A stretch of 64,000 bases of DNA from Bigelowiella natans CCMP2755 (lineage: Eukaryota; Protista; Cercozoa), in the NCBI GenBank assembly GCA_000320545.1, contig ADNK01002290.1, forward strand, positions 1 through 64,000. The letters run 5' to 3'. Numbering within the stretch: position 1 is the stretch's first letter; each line of letters begins with the position of its first letter. Position numbers and translations under genes: made by a program. Shown here piece after piece: positions 1-14,000 of this stretch. Under the pieces are notes generated by a model. That model had not been told where the DNA came from. It was given only the letters and a program-made list of their open reading frames with translations, and ran no database searches.

Positions 1-149
1 CCCTAACCCTAACCCTAACCCTAACCCTACCCTAACCCTAACCCTAACCCTAACCCTAACCCTAACCCTAACCCTAACCCTAACCCTAACCCTAACCCTA
101 ACCCTAACCCTAACCCTAACCCTAACCCTAACCCTAACCCTAACCCTAA
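1..149 (+). repeat. Telomeric repeat array (CCCTAA)n, i.e. TTAGGG on the - strand; chromosome left end
   Basis: About 25 CCCTAA units run from base 1, with one CCCTA variant near position 25-30. The C-rich strand at the 5' end is the orientation expected for a left telomere. Confidence 0.97.
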
Positions 150-540
150 CCCTGACCCCTGACCCCCAAATCTGACCCCTGATCCCCAACCCTGACCCCC
201 AACCCCCAACCCTGACCCCGAACCCCCAACCCCGGCCCCTGCTTTTGTCTTTGTCGCAGTCCTGACTTTTGCCGTGACTTCGACCGTGGTCCTGACCCTT
301 GTCGCGGTCCTCACTTTGGCCGTGATTTTGACTCTGATCCTGATTCTTGTTGCAGCTCTGACTTTGGCGCTGGTTTCGTTCCTGAAACTGGTCCTCACTT
401 GTTTTCCTCGTTTCACCTCTGGCCCCAATGCTGATCCTGGTGCTCATCCCAACCCTCACCCAAACCCTGGTCCAAACTCCTCACCAAAAACCGTGACTCT
501 GACCCTCATCCCAGCCCTGACCCAAAACCCCTGCCACTTT
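150..540 (+). repeat. Degenerate telomere-derived hexamer array (subtelomeric)
   Basis: Units CCCTGA, CCCCAA and CCCCGA directly follow the intact array. A 6-bp register continues (gtcctg actttt gccgtg acttcg accgtg gtcctg accctt ... actctg atcctg), consistent with decay of (ACCCTA)n. The 274..546 ORF shows the matching xL dipeptide periodicity. Confidence 0.8.
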
Positions 541-705
541 CCGTGACTTTGGTCCTCACTTTTGCCCTGAAAAAAACCCTGGTCGGTTTTTGCGACCAGT
601 TTTCCTCACTTCCGTGACTTTGGTCCTCACTTTTGCCCTGAAAAAAACCCTGGTCGATTTTTGTGACCAGTTTCCCTCACTTTGACCCTCGTTTCGACCG
701 TCACT
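541..705 (+). repeat. 71-bp subtelomeric tandem duplication, with a third diverged partial copy at about 1123-1188
   Basis: ccgtgactttggtcctcacttttgccctgaaaaaaaccctggtcg starts at both 541 and 612. The stretch aaaaaccctggtc...gtttcgaccgtcact recurs near 1124-1187. Confidence 0.85.
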
Positions 706-1829
706 TTGGTTGTCACTTTGGTCGTGGCCCAGGAGAAAACCCTGACTCCATTTTTTCTGGACTTGTGCTGCATGTCAGATGGCTCTTGATCAACAGCTCA
801 AAGGAACAGTTCCCTGCAACTCCTTCTGTGCTTGGAGCTGGTTGGAACCAAAGTGCATGAGGTTTTTCTTGTTGCATGGCACGCAGATGGCTCAATTTTG
901 GGCAATGAAAGTGGAATCATTCGAAAACTGGAACGAGATTGAACACATGACTTGCATTGCATCGATTTTGTGCACATGCGCGTTGCTCCTGGCCACGTGT
1001 GCGCACGTGTCATGGCCCCGCTCGTCACACAGCCCAATGTTGCACGGTTTGGGCAAGATGTGGTCTGACCCTGACCCTGACTTCGATCATGCCAAAATCT
1101 CAGCAAAGTCAAATTGCATTTGGAAAAACCCTGGTCAAATTTTTGCCATCAGTTTTGCTCACTTCGAACCTTGTTTCGACCGTCACTGCTGGGACCCTGG
1201 TCCTGAACAGATTCTCAAAGACGCACCCTGAACCCTTGCTCTTCGATTTGCCAAATCCGTTGCGTGGTGCCACAATGTTTGGAAACACGGAAGTTTCACA
1301 GAATTTTTTTGATGCAAAATTGCGATGCCAGCAGCGCATTGTTGTCAAAGATGGTTGGTTGCACGCTTTGCATGTCGTTCCATTGTTGGGTTTGGGTGTC
1401 AATGTGTTGAATGTTTGTGATGGCCAGTCATGAAGGCATTGCCTGTGTTTTTGTCATGCATCTTGCTTGTTCCAATGATTGACATGCTGCTTCACGTGCT
1501 AGCGGTGAACGGAATACAAATGCAAAATAACAACCAAACAAAAAAGAATTGTTTCAACAGCAGTGGACTGACTGTTGGATGGAAGTCTACCACAATGCAA
1601 AGAGGTTGAGTCTCTTCCTCATTTTCGACTTGTGAATTCGCTACAACATCATTTGTGTTTTAGCCACTGTTCAAGTTTGAACGGAGACAAAAGGTAGCAC
1701 TTTCTCTTGAATTTCAAAGACGCTCGCGAATTTTCTTGGTATGTCACCTGTGCATTTTCACACACCATCTTGCTAAGACACAATTTGTAGGTATCAACAT
1801 TTCGCCATCGCACGCCTCACTTTAGTCTC

Positions 1830-3645
1830 TTAATTGAAATTTTGCATGGGTACCGGTCGCGTAAGTTGGGGTTTTAATGCCGTGTAGATCGCGATCTCGT
1901 CCTCGTCCTCGTCGTCATCACTTCCTTTTTTTCCTTCAACCTCAACATTATTTTCATGCCCGTCATGCATTTCATTCTCAGCTGCTGCATCTCTTGGTGC
2001 AGCCATATTTGCATATATTGAAGGAGCCCGAAGAGTTGACATAGCATTTATGCTATTATCAGCATTTCTAGATTTATTCAATGGCAGGGACGAAACCCTT
2101 TTCCATGCTGCTGGAGTAACACTAGCAGTCATCGCCCCACTTGCCTTGTAACATCGTAAAATACATCGAGATAAACGAAATTAGTTAGAAATCACATGAA
2201 AAATGATGAGATTCCTTCTTCCCCTTCTCTTGTCTAGCTTGTCCCAAATGACCTCAACCTATTCTATTAGCAGTCCATTCACTATACTGCTTTACCGTCG
2301 TCTGAGTTGGTATAATGCTACGAGCTGAGGATTCCTCTCTTAGCCTCACACCATCATCAACACCACCGTTTTTTGTGTCGGTAAAACCCGACAAAGTCTT
2401 AATTGTAATATGGAGAGATAATAATAATGATGTGAGTGAGCAACAGGACTGGTGGCTTTGAAAACACTTATAGCTATGCTTTCACACACATCACCGACTC
2501 CCTCTCTCTCTCTCTATCTCTCTCACACAAATAGCCCAATGGCAATCTACTTTGTAGATAGATTCGCTATCTTCCTCTCCTTGCTCATGCTCTTTGTTAG
2601 TAGTAGTCCTCTTGGGGGGGTTCACAATCGATTCCTGAAGCATAAAGTATAATGTTGTTGTCAAGTAGTAGTAGCAGTAGTAGTAGTAGCAGTAGTAGTA
2701 GTAGTAGTAGTAGTAGTAATAGTTAGTAACAGCAGAGTAAGTGCACTGTTATGTACATGATAACCATTCTTCTCGTCCTACTATTTATTGTTGTTTGTTG
2801 CTGTTGATTAGTAAATAAAATAGATAGAATGCTCTGCTGACTCCGCAAGCTTCTGATCTCAACCAATATCATTACCTGGTATACATGTGGTTTGCTTTGT
2901 CTCTGTTTCGTCTCCACTACGTTCAAAGAATACAATGAAAAAAAAAAAAGGCATGAAAATGATTTAATATATCTTCTTGTGACCAAAATGATAACGTTCA
3001 CAAAACAAAATCGATTCGTCCACTTGCATTTTTTTAAAATTAAAATGCGAAGATTTGTTTACAAACATACAAACCCGTATGAAACAGTAAATCTTTAGAA
3101 TGGATGATGATGATGATGATGATGATGATAACCATGATTACAAATTAAATTGTCAATACCTAGGCCGCGACCACCAATTGCTACATACTCCTTATCATCT
3201 TCATCATCAACATTCTCAAATAGATTCAGGCATGACTCAGACGATTTTTTCTTGCTGAGAAACGGGGGACTCATCGGTTGTTTATTCTGTTGAATTATTT
3301 AAGAGGGTTTGGTGGTGTTAGATGACCAAGGATGATGATGAAGAGAAAACATGTTGTTTCCTAGCCGCCGTCTTACACTAAATCACTCACACCTATTTCT
3401 TCTATGTTAATATAAAACATTACTAGATGTGCATGGTGTTACAAAGAAGAGAAACTTTTGGTTGATATACCCGGCTGTGTTTCATTATCGTAATAATTAT
3501 TATTGTTATCATTATTATTGTGAATGCAACTTTGATAAAATCAAACCTTTTGTTTAGAACTGAGCACAGTTTTGCGACGAAGAAGAGCTTCTCTAGCCTG
3601 TAGTTCATGCAAAATGTTTTGTTTGTTGTATTATTCTAGGATTGG

Positions 3646-3699
<54 letters not shown>

Positions 3700-4065
3700 C
3701 ATTGCAGCTGCCTTTACCCCATATCGTGCTCTCATCAGTCAGAAAACAGGTATATCATCAGTAGTAGACTGAGATTTCATTTCCAACTACTACCACCACC
3801 ATAAATACTAGTAATGCATAAAGTCATCATCGTTTATTAGTATTGCTGCTATTGTATTGCACAACGATATAACCCTATCAAATATTAGTAATATGAATAA
3901 CTGATGACTGTGTATGATTGATTACTATCAACACTACATCATGAGCATCGTTACTGTCGATGATCGTAGTTCTGAATTTTTCTCATCATTTACTTGTTTG
4001 TCCTTTTGAAATTCAATATCTGAGAAACCTTTATCTAGACGGGGAACAGAAGCAACCTGATTTGA

Positions 4066-4097
<32 letters not shown>

Positions 4098-5529
4098 TGG
4101 TGATGATTATCATAATGCTTGTTTTGACGTTGATTATACTCATTCGCAGTGGAACCTCTTCCTAATCGCTACTACTCCTAATACAACTACAACTACAGCT
4201 ACTACTAGTACAACAACTACTACTACTACTACTACTACTACTACCTAATCGCTACTCCTACAACGACAACAACAACAACAACACAACAACACCTACTACT
4301 ACTACTACTGCTACTACTACTACTACTACTAGTACCCCCAAAGCTCTTGAGGGCAGCATAGCCCTGAAGTGACTGCCACTCACTGTGGGGCTACAACCAG
4401 CATCCCAAGGGTAATCTTCTATCTCAACTTTATTTCTTTAATTTGTAGTAGTAGTATTATTAGTATTAATATTATTATTAGTATTAGTAGTGTTGGTAGT
4501 AATAGCAGCAGATAAGTATCAGTTTTTAGGTAAAATCCAGTTAGTTGTCATTTTTTTTGGAAACTAACCTAAGTATCCATCAACGCTCATAATAAGTATC
4601 ATCACCATAATTATCTTAATCTACTATCGTCGTCGTATGGTAAAATTAACGACTTTTGATAATATTCGCGTGCTGCCTCCTGTAGAGCTTTCCTATTAAT
4701 ACTTTGTTGACTCTTGTGTTGTTTCACAGTCGAAGCGTCCAACATCATGTATACACTGTCTTCTTCCTGATAAATGTTTTGTATGGATAATGATTATGAT
4801 GATGATGATGATGATGATGTTCGCAAATGTGATTGGACTACTACACCATAAAACGTCACAAACCACGACGATCTAAAGGGTTTGATAATGATTATGATGA
4901 TGATAGAAATATCACTTAAATGTCTACTAACTACAATCAATCAGAGAAATATCATTTAATGGCATTAATTAGTAATATTTTCGATAGTATCAAGGGACAT
5001 CGATGTTGCTACTATTCTTATTGTTGTTGTCGTGGTGTTATGATCATCCCACCTTTTCCTCATTCCCATTGTCGTCGTCTTTGTCTTTTTTCTTATCATG
5101 CTCGTACCAGGGATCCAGAATGGATTCTTGGTACCAGAGTTCCGTGCACCCAGGATTTCGTAAAGTGTGGTCAAAATCACGTACCATGTCTCTCAATGTC
5201 GGGAAAAAACCCACGCATGGGCCATTCTACATTACGACAACGAACCAACCACAAAAAATGATATCGATCCCTTATTCAAAATATTCATTCATATTCTTCT
5301 CCTTCGTGTTTTGTCCTCCTCGTGGTGTAGAATATATTACATAATATCAGAATACGTATAATTTGTGAAATGCTTTCACTATTGATTATTATTTAGTATT
5401 GTGTTTGATTATTACCGTTTGTGGAATCCAGTAGAATCCTTTTGGACATCGCCAAACTGCAACGTGCTTCACCACGAGCATACCCGCTTTTGACTGATCA
5501 TTCAATAATAATAAACACATCAATTAAAG

Positions 5530-5561
<32 letters not shown>

Positions 5562-5678
5562 AAGAATAACCAATTTAAGTGCTGCAAAAAGAAGGAGAAA
5601 GGCCGTTATTATACTACATTTAACCTAGCATCTATACATATAAGTACACGCATATTGGGTAATAAAGGTTTATCACGA

Positions 5679-5713
<35 letters not shown>

Positions 5714-5954
5714 TAATTAATCTACTACTACTGTTGTATACTTACAACTCTGCCGTTGCACTGCTATTTATACTACTACCACTACCACTACTTTTACTAC
5801 TACAGCTACAAAATTCTTCGTATCAGTTGTAAGTAGCACTGAAATACGGTACTAGCATAGTTGAAGAATAAAAAAGAGAATAGACAGTTCCTAGCTTGCT
5901 TTTCTTCTAACGCAATAGATATAAATGCTGCAAACTCTGCTGCTGCTCACTTTC

Positions 5955-5988
<34 letters not shown>

Positions 5989-7039
5989 TTTTTCCATGAT
6001 GCGGCCAAGTGGTATCTACTCGTCGCAAGCCGAAAAATGTAATCCCCAATGCCCTCAAACCGATGCTCTCGTCCTTCATTAATATTGAAATTAAAAAGTG
6101 CAGGACGACGTATTACTATAGGACGATTCCAATCCAAGCAGATTAACATCCAACAAAATTAAATGCAACATCGTGTCTGTTGTATATGCGTATTATGTGT
6201 TTTATGTGGTGTATGGGGACTGGGAGGGCGAAGGAACAGGGAGAAAATAGGGTAAACGCTCAGGTAATCTTTCTATAAGTACTATCATTGAAACATTATC
6301 TCTACGAAAACGACAACAACATCCTTTCTAAAGTGATTACTACTCTGCTGCTAATATACGACGATTACCTTTCTTGCCTGCCCAATATGGCATCAAATTG
6401 CCTTTTTCATCGTATATACTCCTGGAGGTAGTACGCATTATTATCTGTCTGTCTATCACCAACGTTGTAGGTACCGTCAAAAAAATATGTAAACGAATAA
6501 TGATTGCGCATATGTAATGCATAATGATTAAATGGAAATAATATTTACAGTGCATGTATGCGGGGAACGATTAGTTATTGGCTTTATACAATATTCCATA
6601 TTTCTAATGCTTCCACTGCCGCCATTTGCACTATTGTAGTACTAATAGACCTACTCTGTGACTGTTTCCATAATGGTTGCGAAGGGACCCCACATGTTGA
6701 TAAAGCATCTGAAATCTTTAACATCTATGCAATTCACAGGTGTTCGAAGATCCACGCACTGGTCGACAATGCGCCTGAGATATTAGTGTGTGTTGCTAAA
6801 AATTCAAATGTATTTCATTTTTCCGTAGAAAAGAAAAATTTTCAATTCGAATACGAATGTGCTTGGTGTTCGAATTTCTCTAATATTTCTTCATAATGCG
6901 ATGCACGAGGACATTGATAATCCAAAGTTGGCATTTCCTGTAGAACAGATTTTCATGCCTACGTTTTTCTCTATCTATGTCTCTCTCTGTATATTATATA
7001 CATATATATATGTTTTTATATTATTTTCATGCCTCCTAC

Positions 7040-7079
<40 letters not shown>

Positions 7080-7418
7080 TGTATGTCCGTGTGTGTATGT
7101 ATCTGTGCTTGTATAGCCCGACCTGACAAGATTCAACGGCCAGCTTTTCCCGGAATTTTTCTTAAAATAATGCACAAGCATATTTGCCATTTCCTCGTTG
7201 GGAATTGAACTTCGTTCCTCCCCATTTAACTTGGTGGCAGCATTCCAAAATGTCCTTGCTTCCGTGTCAACATCCCAGACATCTTCGAAATCTAAAAATA
7301 TTGAGAACGCTCAAATGACATCATTTGCGATTCTGCAAAACTTACCTTTGTGAGAATTATTTGGCTTCAACCTTTTAAGTTCCTCAAAATTTGCTGGACG
7401 TCGAATGCCCTGTCGCAT
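1830..7418 (-). CDS. Multi-exon SH2-domain adaptor with a Cbl-TKB-like EF-hand/SH2 module and a long disordered, Tyr-motif-bearing C-terminal tail
   Basis: Hand-spliced exons give IDVKDFRCFINMWGPF (~6680-6735), EHRFEGIGDYIFRLATSRYHLAASWKK (~5988-6070, similar to Cbl GSYIFRLSCTR), VVKHVAVWRCPKGFYW (~5420-5490) and FFPTLRDMVRDFDHTLRNP (~5150-5225, a typical SH2 C-terminal helix). The last exon is the 1830..2132 ORF. The start is uncertain (ATG at 7418; the frame is open to 7745), and joining the tail exons to this gene is inferred from strand and GT-AG boundaries. Confidence 0.65.
3647..3698. repeat. (TA)n microsatellite, representative of many intronic (TA)n, (GA)n, (CA)n, (GTA)n and (GAT)n tracts
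   Basis: Read directly. Similar tracts occur at ~5681, 7041, 19241, 23669, 43420-43600, 44650, 48610-48685, 52997 and 54425. Confidence 0.95.
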
Positions 7419-8000
7419 TTCGAGTGTAACTTCGGTGGCAGTTCTTGAACCACTGTGGAACACTACGCCATTGAACGTGGGTGAAGAAAACAGGAAGGCA
7501 GTCGTAGGGACTTTTTTTGTAAGGGTGGAGTGATAATATACTTGGTACGCATTCCGATCTTGCGACAACGACAGATTTTTTCCATTTACAAATAATTCGT
7601 TAATTATTATTCTTTTCACCCTTCGTGGAAGAAGACCTACGTTGCATGTGTACGACAGGCATAGACTGTGACATCGTAGCATGAGAGTGGATGTCACAGC
7701 AGCGGAGGAAGGAGACGTAGATCTAACAAAGATCAGAAAGATCATTTTTGACCTATAGACTGGTAACCACGGGGATTCATATGGTAGTGAATCATTATGT
7801 TGTCAATTTTATGTTACGACAGCTGTAAGGCTGATCTACGAGAAGCTCCCTGTACAACGACAAACGGAAGCACTCGATCTTTGTCTATCTCCGCCCGCCC
7901 TTTGGTTGACGTGATACTTTATTCTTCTACTACGATTGCTAGAGGTGCCCATCAGACGAAGACGTAGTTTGTCAATCGCTACAGGGCATAAATAACCAGT

Positions 8001-11000
8001 ATGGGAGGCAACAATTCGAAAGAGCAGAAGCTCTGTCGTGCGATTGAAAGGTCTAAAACATGATCCGCAATGTCATAAAATTAAGCCCGTACTTTTACAC
8101 AGGGTTGATTGGAAGAACTGGAAACTTCCATATGAGCAGATGGTCCAGGTATAGACTTATCATTGGAACTTTGAGCTGATATTTAAACTTTCATTTCATC
8201 CTATGGATTACAAGGGTGTCAAGATCGATTCCAAAGAGTTATGTAAAATCTCCACCAACAAGAAATTATGGCTCCTCCTTCGGGACGTTTCTGCAGAATT
8301 GAGTACCGATAAAGATGATTATGCTCTTCTCATGAAAGGAGCTATCATACTGCTTAGGTAATTGCATTTATATTATGATCAGAATCGATTACAGTGGTCA
8401 TCTGTTAAACATTTTTGATTCAGAACAAAGAAGTTCTACTCCGCAATCCAGACAAAGAATCTGCGAACACTTGATCCAATCTTTAAGGGCTGTTTAAGCA
8501 AACAAGCACATGTATCTGCTCTTTGAAGCCAAACTAGAGGATGCTGATATTTTCTCATTAGGTGGCAGCTGCCGCGTTAGAAGCGCTCGAAAATGTCGTT
8601 CAATACCAAGTTGAAGCAGGTCCAGCAAATATGCAGATGGCGTCTGTTACAAGAGTTCTAATGTAATATCCCACAGATGGAAACCGAAATAGAAAAACGC
8701 AGAAAAAGGGCAGATCAGAGTTCTTCAAGCAAGGAGGTCGTGGGCAAGAATGTGAGTTGAACGACAGAATGAGCTTAAATTACATTTGATAGGTTCAAAG
8801 ACTCTGATTGAATCTCTCAAATTGTATGGGAAATGGGCTGCAGAAAAGAGTAATTCTGGACAGGTGAACTAATATAGTTGACGAAATAACTTTTTCATCT
8901 ATTTGGAAAGTTATAATCGACAAGGTCGCATTTTGTTTCCAGTTCGAGGCCAAAGATGAGAAGAAAAAAAACACGGTCACAAGTTTGACACATTCTGTAT
9001 TCAGGGCCGCAGAGCTTTGTCTGAAGGTTCATATTTAATTCGATACAATTACGTTCTAAACAATTTGAAACGATTTTGGGCTGTATGAATTTGAAAGGTG
9101 GTTGGATTGCTCCTCTGTGAACCTAAGAATTCGACTAGTCTGAAGAGTGTTATAGAATTGAGGAAACTTTTGCAACCCCACGGGCCACTAATATTATCTC
9201 TTCTGAGGAATGCCAGCGTGGAGGTGGTTACTTTTTTAACCATTCATTTCATCTGTCCTCTTCGAATCTGGACTTGCTTATCACGATGTAGGTTCGAAGG
9301 CAAGCAATAAAAGTTACTTGTGGGATGATATTGACATCTAGTAACAAAGAAGCGCAAGCATTTCAAGGGACTGCATTGGTAAGAATAAAATTGTCCTCAA
9401 CTGATTCTTATGTAGAAATTCAATGCTGATGTACTCAATAATTTAGACTCAAGGCATAGTGCTATGGGTGCTCTATCTCTGCGTTGATCCAACGGATACT
9501 AATATCAAGCACACAAACTTCTTCGATAAAAATCTTTTAACCGACCTCCGGATCCTTTTTGGACTCCTTGCGGATCAAAACCAGAGCATTTCAAACCTTA
9601 TGAGGAAAATCCTACCTGGATCGCTCATCAGTCAAAAGACATATGTAATTCAGTCAATTTTCCAAAATTTGCGCAAAATCAGCAAAATCATCCAATCCTG
9701 ATAAAATTACTTCCACTTGGATAAATTGGTGTGTTGTCTATATATTTGTACTATCAATATTTGGCGGTGTTTGGACGAAAAAGATTTTATATGAGAAGAA
9801 GGCGGTGAAGGGTCCGGATGGTGTATTGCATAATGACATTGTGCTGACAGGGCATAAGAATCCCATCGCAGAAGTATTTAGTCTAGCTAGAGTACATATG
9901 TTAACCATATTGTCTGATTACTGATTTTTATCTAATGTCTGACCGGGCGTTTTCATGCGGATCTTGTCAGGATCTGGTGAGCACACTTACTTCCCGTCCT
10001 TTCGTCTTAGAAAAGTTGTGGAGAAGCACCTCACACTTGTGTTTATGATGCAGAGGAAAATTTATAAGTTTGATTTTCCGGCGAAACTATTGGAGGGCAT
10101 AAGCCCACAGTCAATTCGATGGGGCCGGTACGATAGAGGCGATCTTCAACAAAAAGCTACAGATTGGGATGTAACACAAATTTCTCTTTGTTTTCGAATG
10201 CTCGATAAGTTCACAACATATCTCTAGTTGGTTATGCGGGCTCTGAACGGGAACGCTGAAACAGCACGATTGATATGGAATTCGAAGTTCAAGTTGACCC
10301 TTATGGACAGTCTTCTTGAAGAAATCGAAGAATTCGACGAGCAGAAAAAGGTGCTGAAAAACAGCGCGTGGGAATGGGATGGCTTTGAAGTACTATATCC
10401 TCAATTGAGGGACGAATATGAAGTTGGCGGGTAATCACTTGAATCTTGAATTAATATGAAAACTCGGCTCACTTTTCTTATTTTAGGTTCTATCTCAGAC
10501 TCCTATTAAAAGATTTAGAGGGGAAAAATGAAGTGAAGCTTAACCCGAATTCCGAAGTAGTCCCTTTGATGGAGAAACTGTTCATAAAAGCAACTGTGGA
10601 ACTCGGTCGAGAGGAACGTTTGGCTTTGGTCAAAACGATGTCGCTTATATATCAACAGTTTCCAGATAAATTTGCTAATTGGGCCCAGGTTCCCTATCTT
10701 GTGTCCTTGATGCAACAACAGCATGATCCAGTAATGAGAGATTTGGTCGTCACCTTCCTCAAGCAAGTCTTGTCCACCGGTGCAAATGTGCGCACTTTCG
10801 TAGATTCCAATGGGATCCAAACCTTAGTCAAGAATCTAGTCGCTGTTCACGCTTCAGAAAGTGAAAAGTCAGCCACGACACCCGAGAAACTGGTGGCAAA
10901 AGAAAGAAAAATAGAGAGAAAGGACTTTTTTGGTCAGGTCGCAGAAGAATTATCAACCAAGACTCTGAGCGTGAATCAACTCGCATCCGAAGCGTTGAAT

Positions 11001-14000
11001 CTCCTAAATCGTATTTTTGATACAAAACCTCAATACCTAAAAGTGATTCCTCGTCGATATCCCATTCTCTCCGCACATCTAATTCAAATGATGTTTGCGA
11101 GGGACTCTAAAGAATCTGTACTAAAAAGAAAAAGTCAAGAACTTCTATACAAAGTCATTAGAAAAAATGACCGATTGATTCCTACCTTAGCAAAAACTGG
11201 CATTTTCATTTTCGCGCTTCAAGGATTGACCACATGCTCGGAAGAGTTGCTGGATATTGTATACAAAACTCATCTTCGACAGAGGAAAGGTTATGCGCCA
11301 GAGAATAGATCTGTTTTAAGTCCCTACTTACCTTCTCCGCTTGTGGTAAAGTTGGCGCTGACAAAAACTAGTGATCAATTTCGTCGGATTCTCCAGGAGA
11401 CGCATGAGGATCCATCCTGCATTTGGGGCCCTAAACAAATCAAAGAACTCTCTGCAGCATTGGAGAAGTTTGTTGGACCTCTTAAAAATCAGCTGAAAAC
11501 TACACCTGACTTTTGTTTCAAATACGACAAAAAAATTCATGCTGTTCCGGTGCCCTACCCAAGCCTCCAAGACGAGCTTTGCGTTGGCAATATATACCTC
11601 CGATTGCTATTTGATAAGAAACATAAGGTGTCTGATTCCAGATTTGCTGGGTATATATTGATTTTTGCTAAATAGTTTATTATGATCGATTTAGGAATAT
11701 AAGATTCAAGCGCCGGATTTTCTCGCTCAGGCTTTAATGGAATCTATGGAACCAACAATGAAAAGACTGCAAGACTCAAAGTTTGCTCCAAAGGCTGTCG
11801 AGGACTGTCAATATATTCTCAAGGCACAAGCACTATTGTCTGATAAGTACACATCCAAAAGGATGATGGAATACAGGGCGTTTGGGCCGCTTCTCGAAAT
11901 TCTCGCAGCACAGCAATCTGGTGCAGAGACACAAGATTTAGCAGGTTCTCTCGTTATCTCTCTTCTTTGTATGAAAGGACGGCGACTTTCACATGCCCAG
12001 AGATCTGGTATTGAGTCAACAAACATGAATGTAAGCCAGTGTGTAAAGGCCGGAGGCACAGAAAAACTTGCTATTCATTTTGTAAACCTGGTGGAAAAGG
12101 GTGACATCGAGGAGGTTTTGTTGCTTGACAGTTTAGAGGCCCTAACAATATTGGCAAGGAATGCTTCAAATGAAATGTGTAAGGTAGCATTAAATCCCGA
12201 TTGTAAATTCCTTACTTCGCTCTTGAAGCTCATGAATGTTCGAAAATGCGAAGATAGAAAGTTGGAACTTTGTCTTGATTTGACGGAAGCCTTATTGGAT
12301 AGTCACGATAGAGGTGTTCCACAGGCTATAGTAAACAGTGGTTTGCTACTGCGTATTATTCAAGTAGCAATAGAGGGCGAAGCAGGCACAGACCTTAAAA
12401 GTGTGGATCTTATACGGAAGACTATTATCGCACGAAATTCCTCCGAAGAAGATGGAAAGGCTCGAGCTGGGGCCCGCACCGTTGTGATTTCCCTTTTAAC
12501 TCCCGGGATATACATGATGTTGAAGCATGAAGAAAAGGCAGTAGAGAAAGTAGCAGAGAGTTTGCGCTCAGAAATACAGACGCCAACAATCATTTGGACA
12601 GATGCAATTCGCAACGAGCTCAGGGATTTTATCCAGAAAGAGGTTAGAAATGAGGCCTGAATGAGCTAATTTGACTTGTACTTGCATTTTTGCGAAAATA
12701 TTTTCCTTCACTAACTGCATATTATACGTAGGAAAAGAACATAACATCGTACAAGAAATGGGTTCTTCCTGATGCATTTGCCTACACAGCTTTGAAGGAC
12801 GAGCCAGTTTGGGATGATGTATATTTGCGTTTGTACGCAAAACAAAAACTCGGCTACAAACTACCCCCCTATCTTGATATTTCAACAGGCGAATTCTTTC
12901 ACTCTCTTTTGATGGTGTTGGCGAGATTTGGTAGAGAAAAAGGTCTTCTTCATGATGTGAAGGAACCAAGGGAACCAGGCTTTGACTCTCCGAAATCGGA
13001 AACGTCTAAGAGTGAAGCCGTGCAAATACCATTCCCTCCTGGAACAAATCCTCTCGAGCATCTTACAGTGCTATGTCGTTGCATACTGCATATACTTCAG
13101 TCAGATTCAAAGTTACATAAACAAAAAGAACAAGGGCTTTTTGATTTATTCCGGCTAATTGTGCATCCCTACGCACCCCTACAAAATGCAATTTTGCAGG
13201 TTGTGGGAGTATGCAAAGACAGTATCGACTCAATGAAGTTCGTTCTCGCCTCTTCAAAATGGATCATCTGTATGTTGCACAACAGTGAGCGGAAGGGGGA
13301 TATTCCAAGTCTAAAAATTGTGCTTGACGCACTTCACGCAATTATTAATAATGGTGTATGGCCCGAGAACATGGATAATCCTCCTCCTGGTGCAAAGACG
13401 TTTAAGGAAGTAGAAACCCACCTCCTAGACCACGGCCTGCCTGTACTTTTGAGTTTGATTATTTGTGACGAGGAAAAATTTGCTCGCGAGGAGCGCGTGC
13501 TTGCAGCTAAACTTTGTGGCCTTCTGAGCGTCGAATCAAACACAGATACATATCGAGCATTGCATTGCATTTTTACTTGGCAAGTCGGAAAATTCCTGGA
13601 AGATTGTGAGTCAAAGCCTCAAAAATTAGTGGATTTCTTTGATGAAATGAAGAAAGACCCCAAGGTGTATTGGACGAAGGAAGTGCGAAGTGATGTGATT
13701 TATGGAATAAAATCCGAAGCCAAAGGTTTGCTGCAGTGGCAGAAATCTGCTTTGATATCTGCTCGGAAGACTGGAGAGGAGCATGCTCCTTATAAATGGG
13801 ATGCGAAGAACGTTGGCAAGCGAATTATGCATCCAAATCTAGCAAAACAGCTCTGTGTGGGTGAAATATTCGTTTATCAATTGATAAATTACCCTCATTA
13901 TCCAGTTGATCCAGAGGTCTATCTTCCACCACTTTGGGTGGAACTTGAGCGGAAGAACAAAAGTCTTTCAGAGGGAACGAAGAAAGAAGAAAAGATTGTG

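Larger units (their letters stand above)
149..1499. other. TpA-free island 1 (subtelomeric)
   Basis: A manual scan found no TA dinucleotide between the last telomeric TA (147-148) and the CTAG at 1499-1502. Confidence 0.9.

Noticed and set aside
27-546. ORFs 27..428 (poly-GL) and 274..546
   Set aside because: These are translations of telomeric and degenerate telomeric hexamers, not genes.
663-1433. Several overlapping 60-158 aa ORFs in the subtelomere
   Set aside because: Loss of TA removes TAA and TAG stops on both strands and inflates ORF length. They are Tyr-free and show no recognisable domain.
7190-7225. tRNA T-loop-like string (gggaattgaac)
   Set aside because: It lies inside a coding exon of the SH2 gene, and no cloverleaf can be formed.
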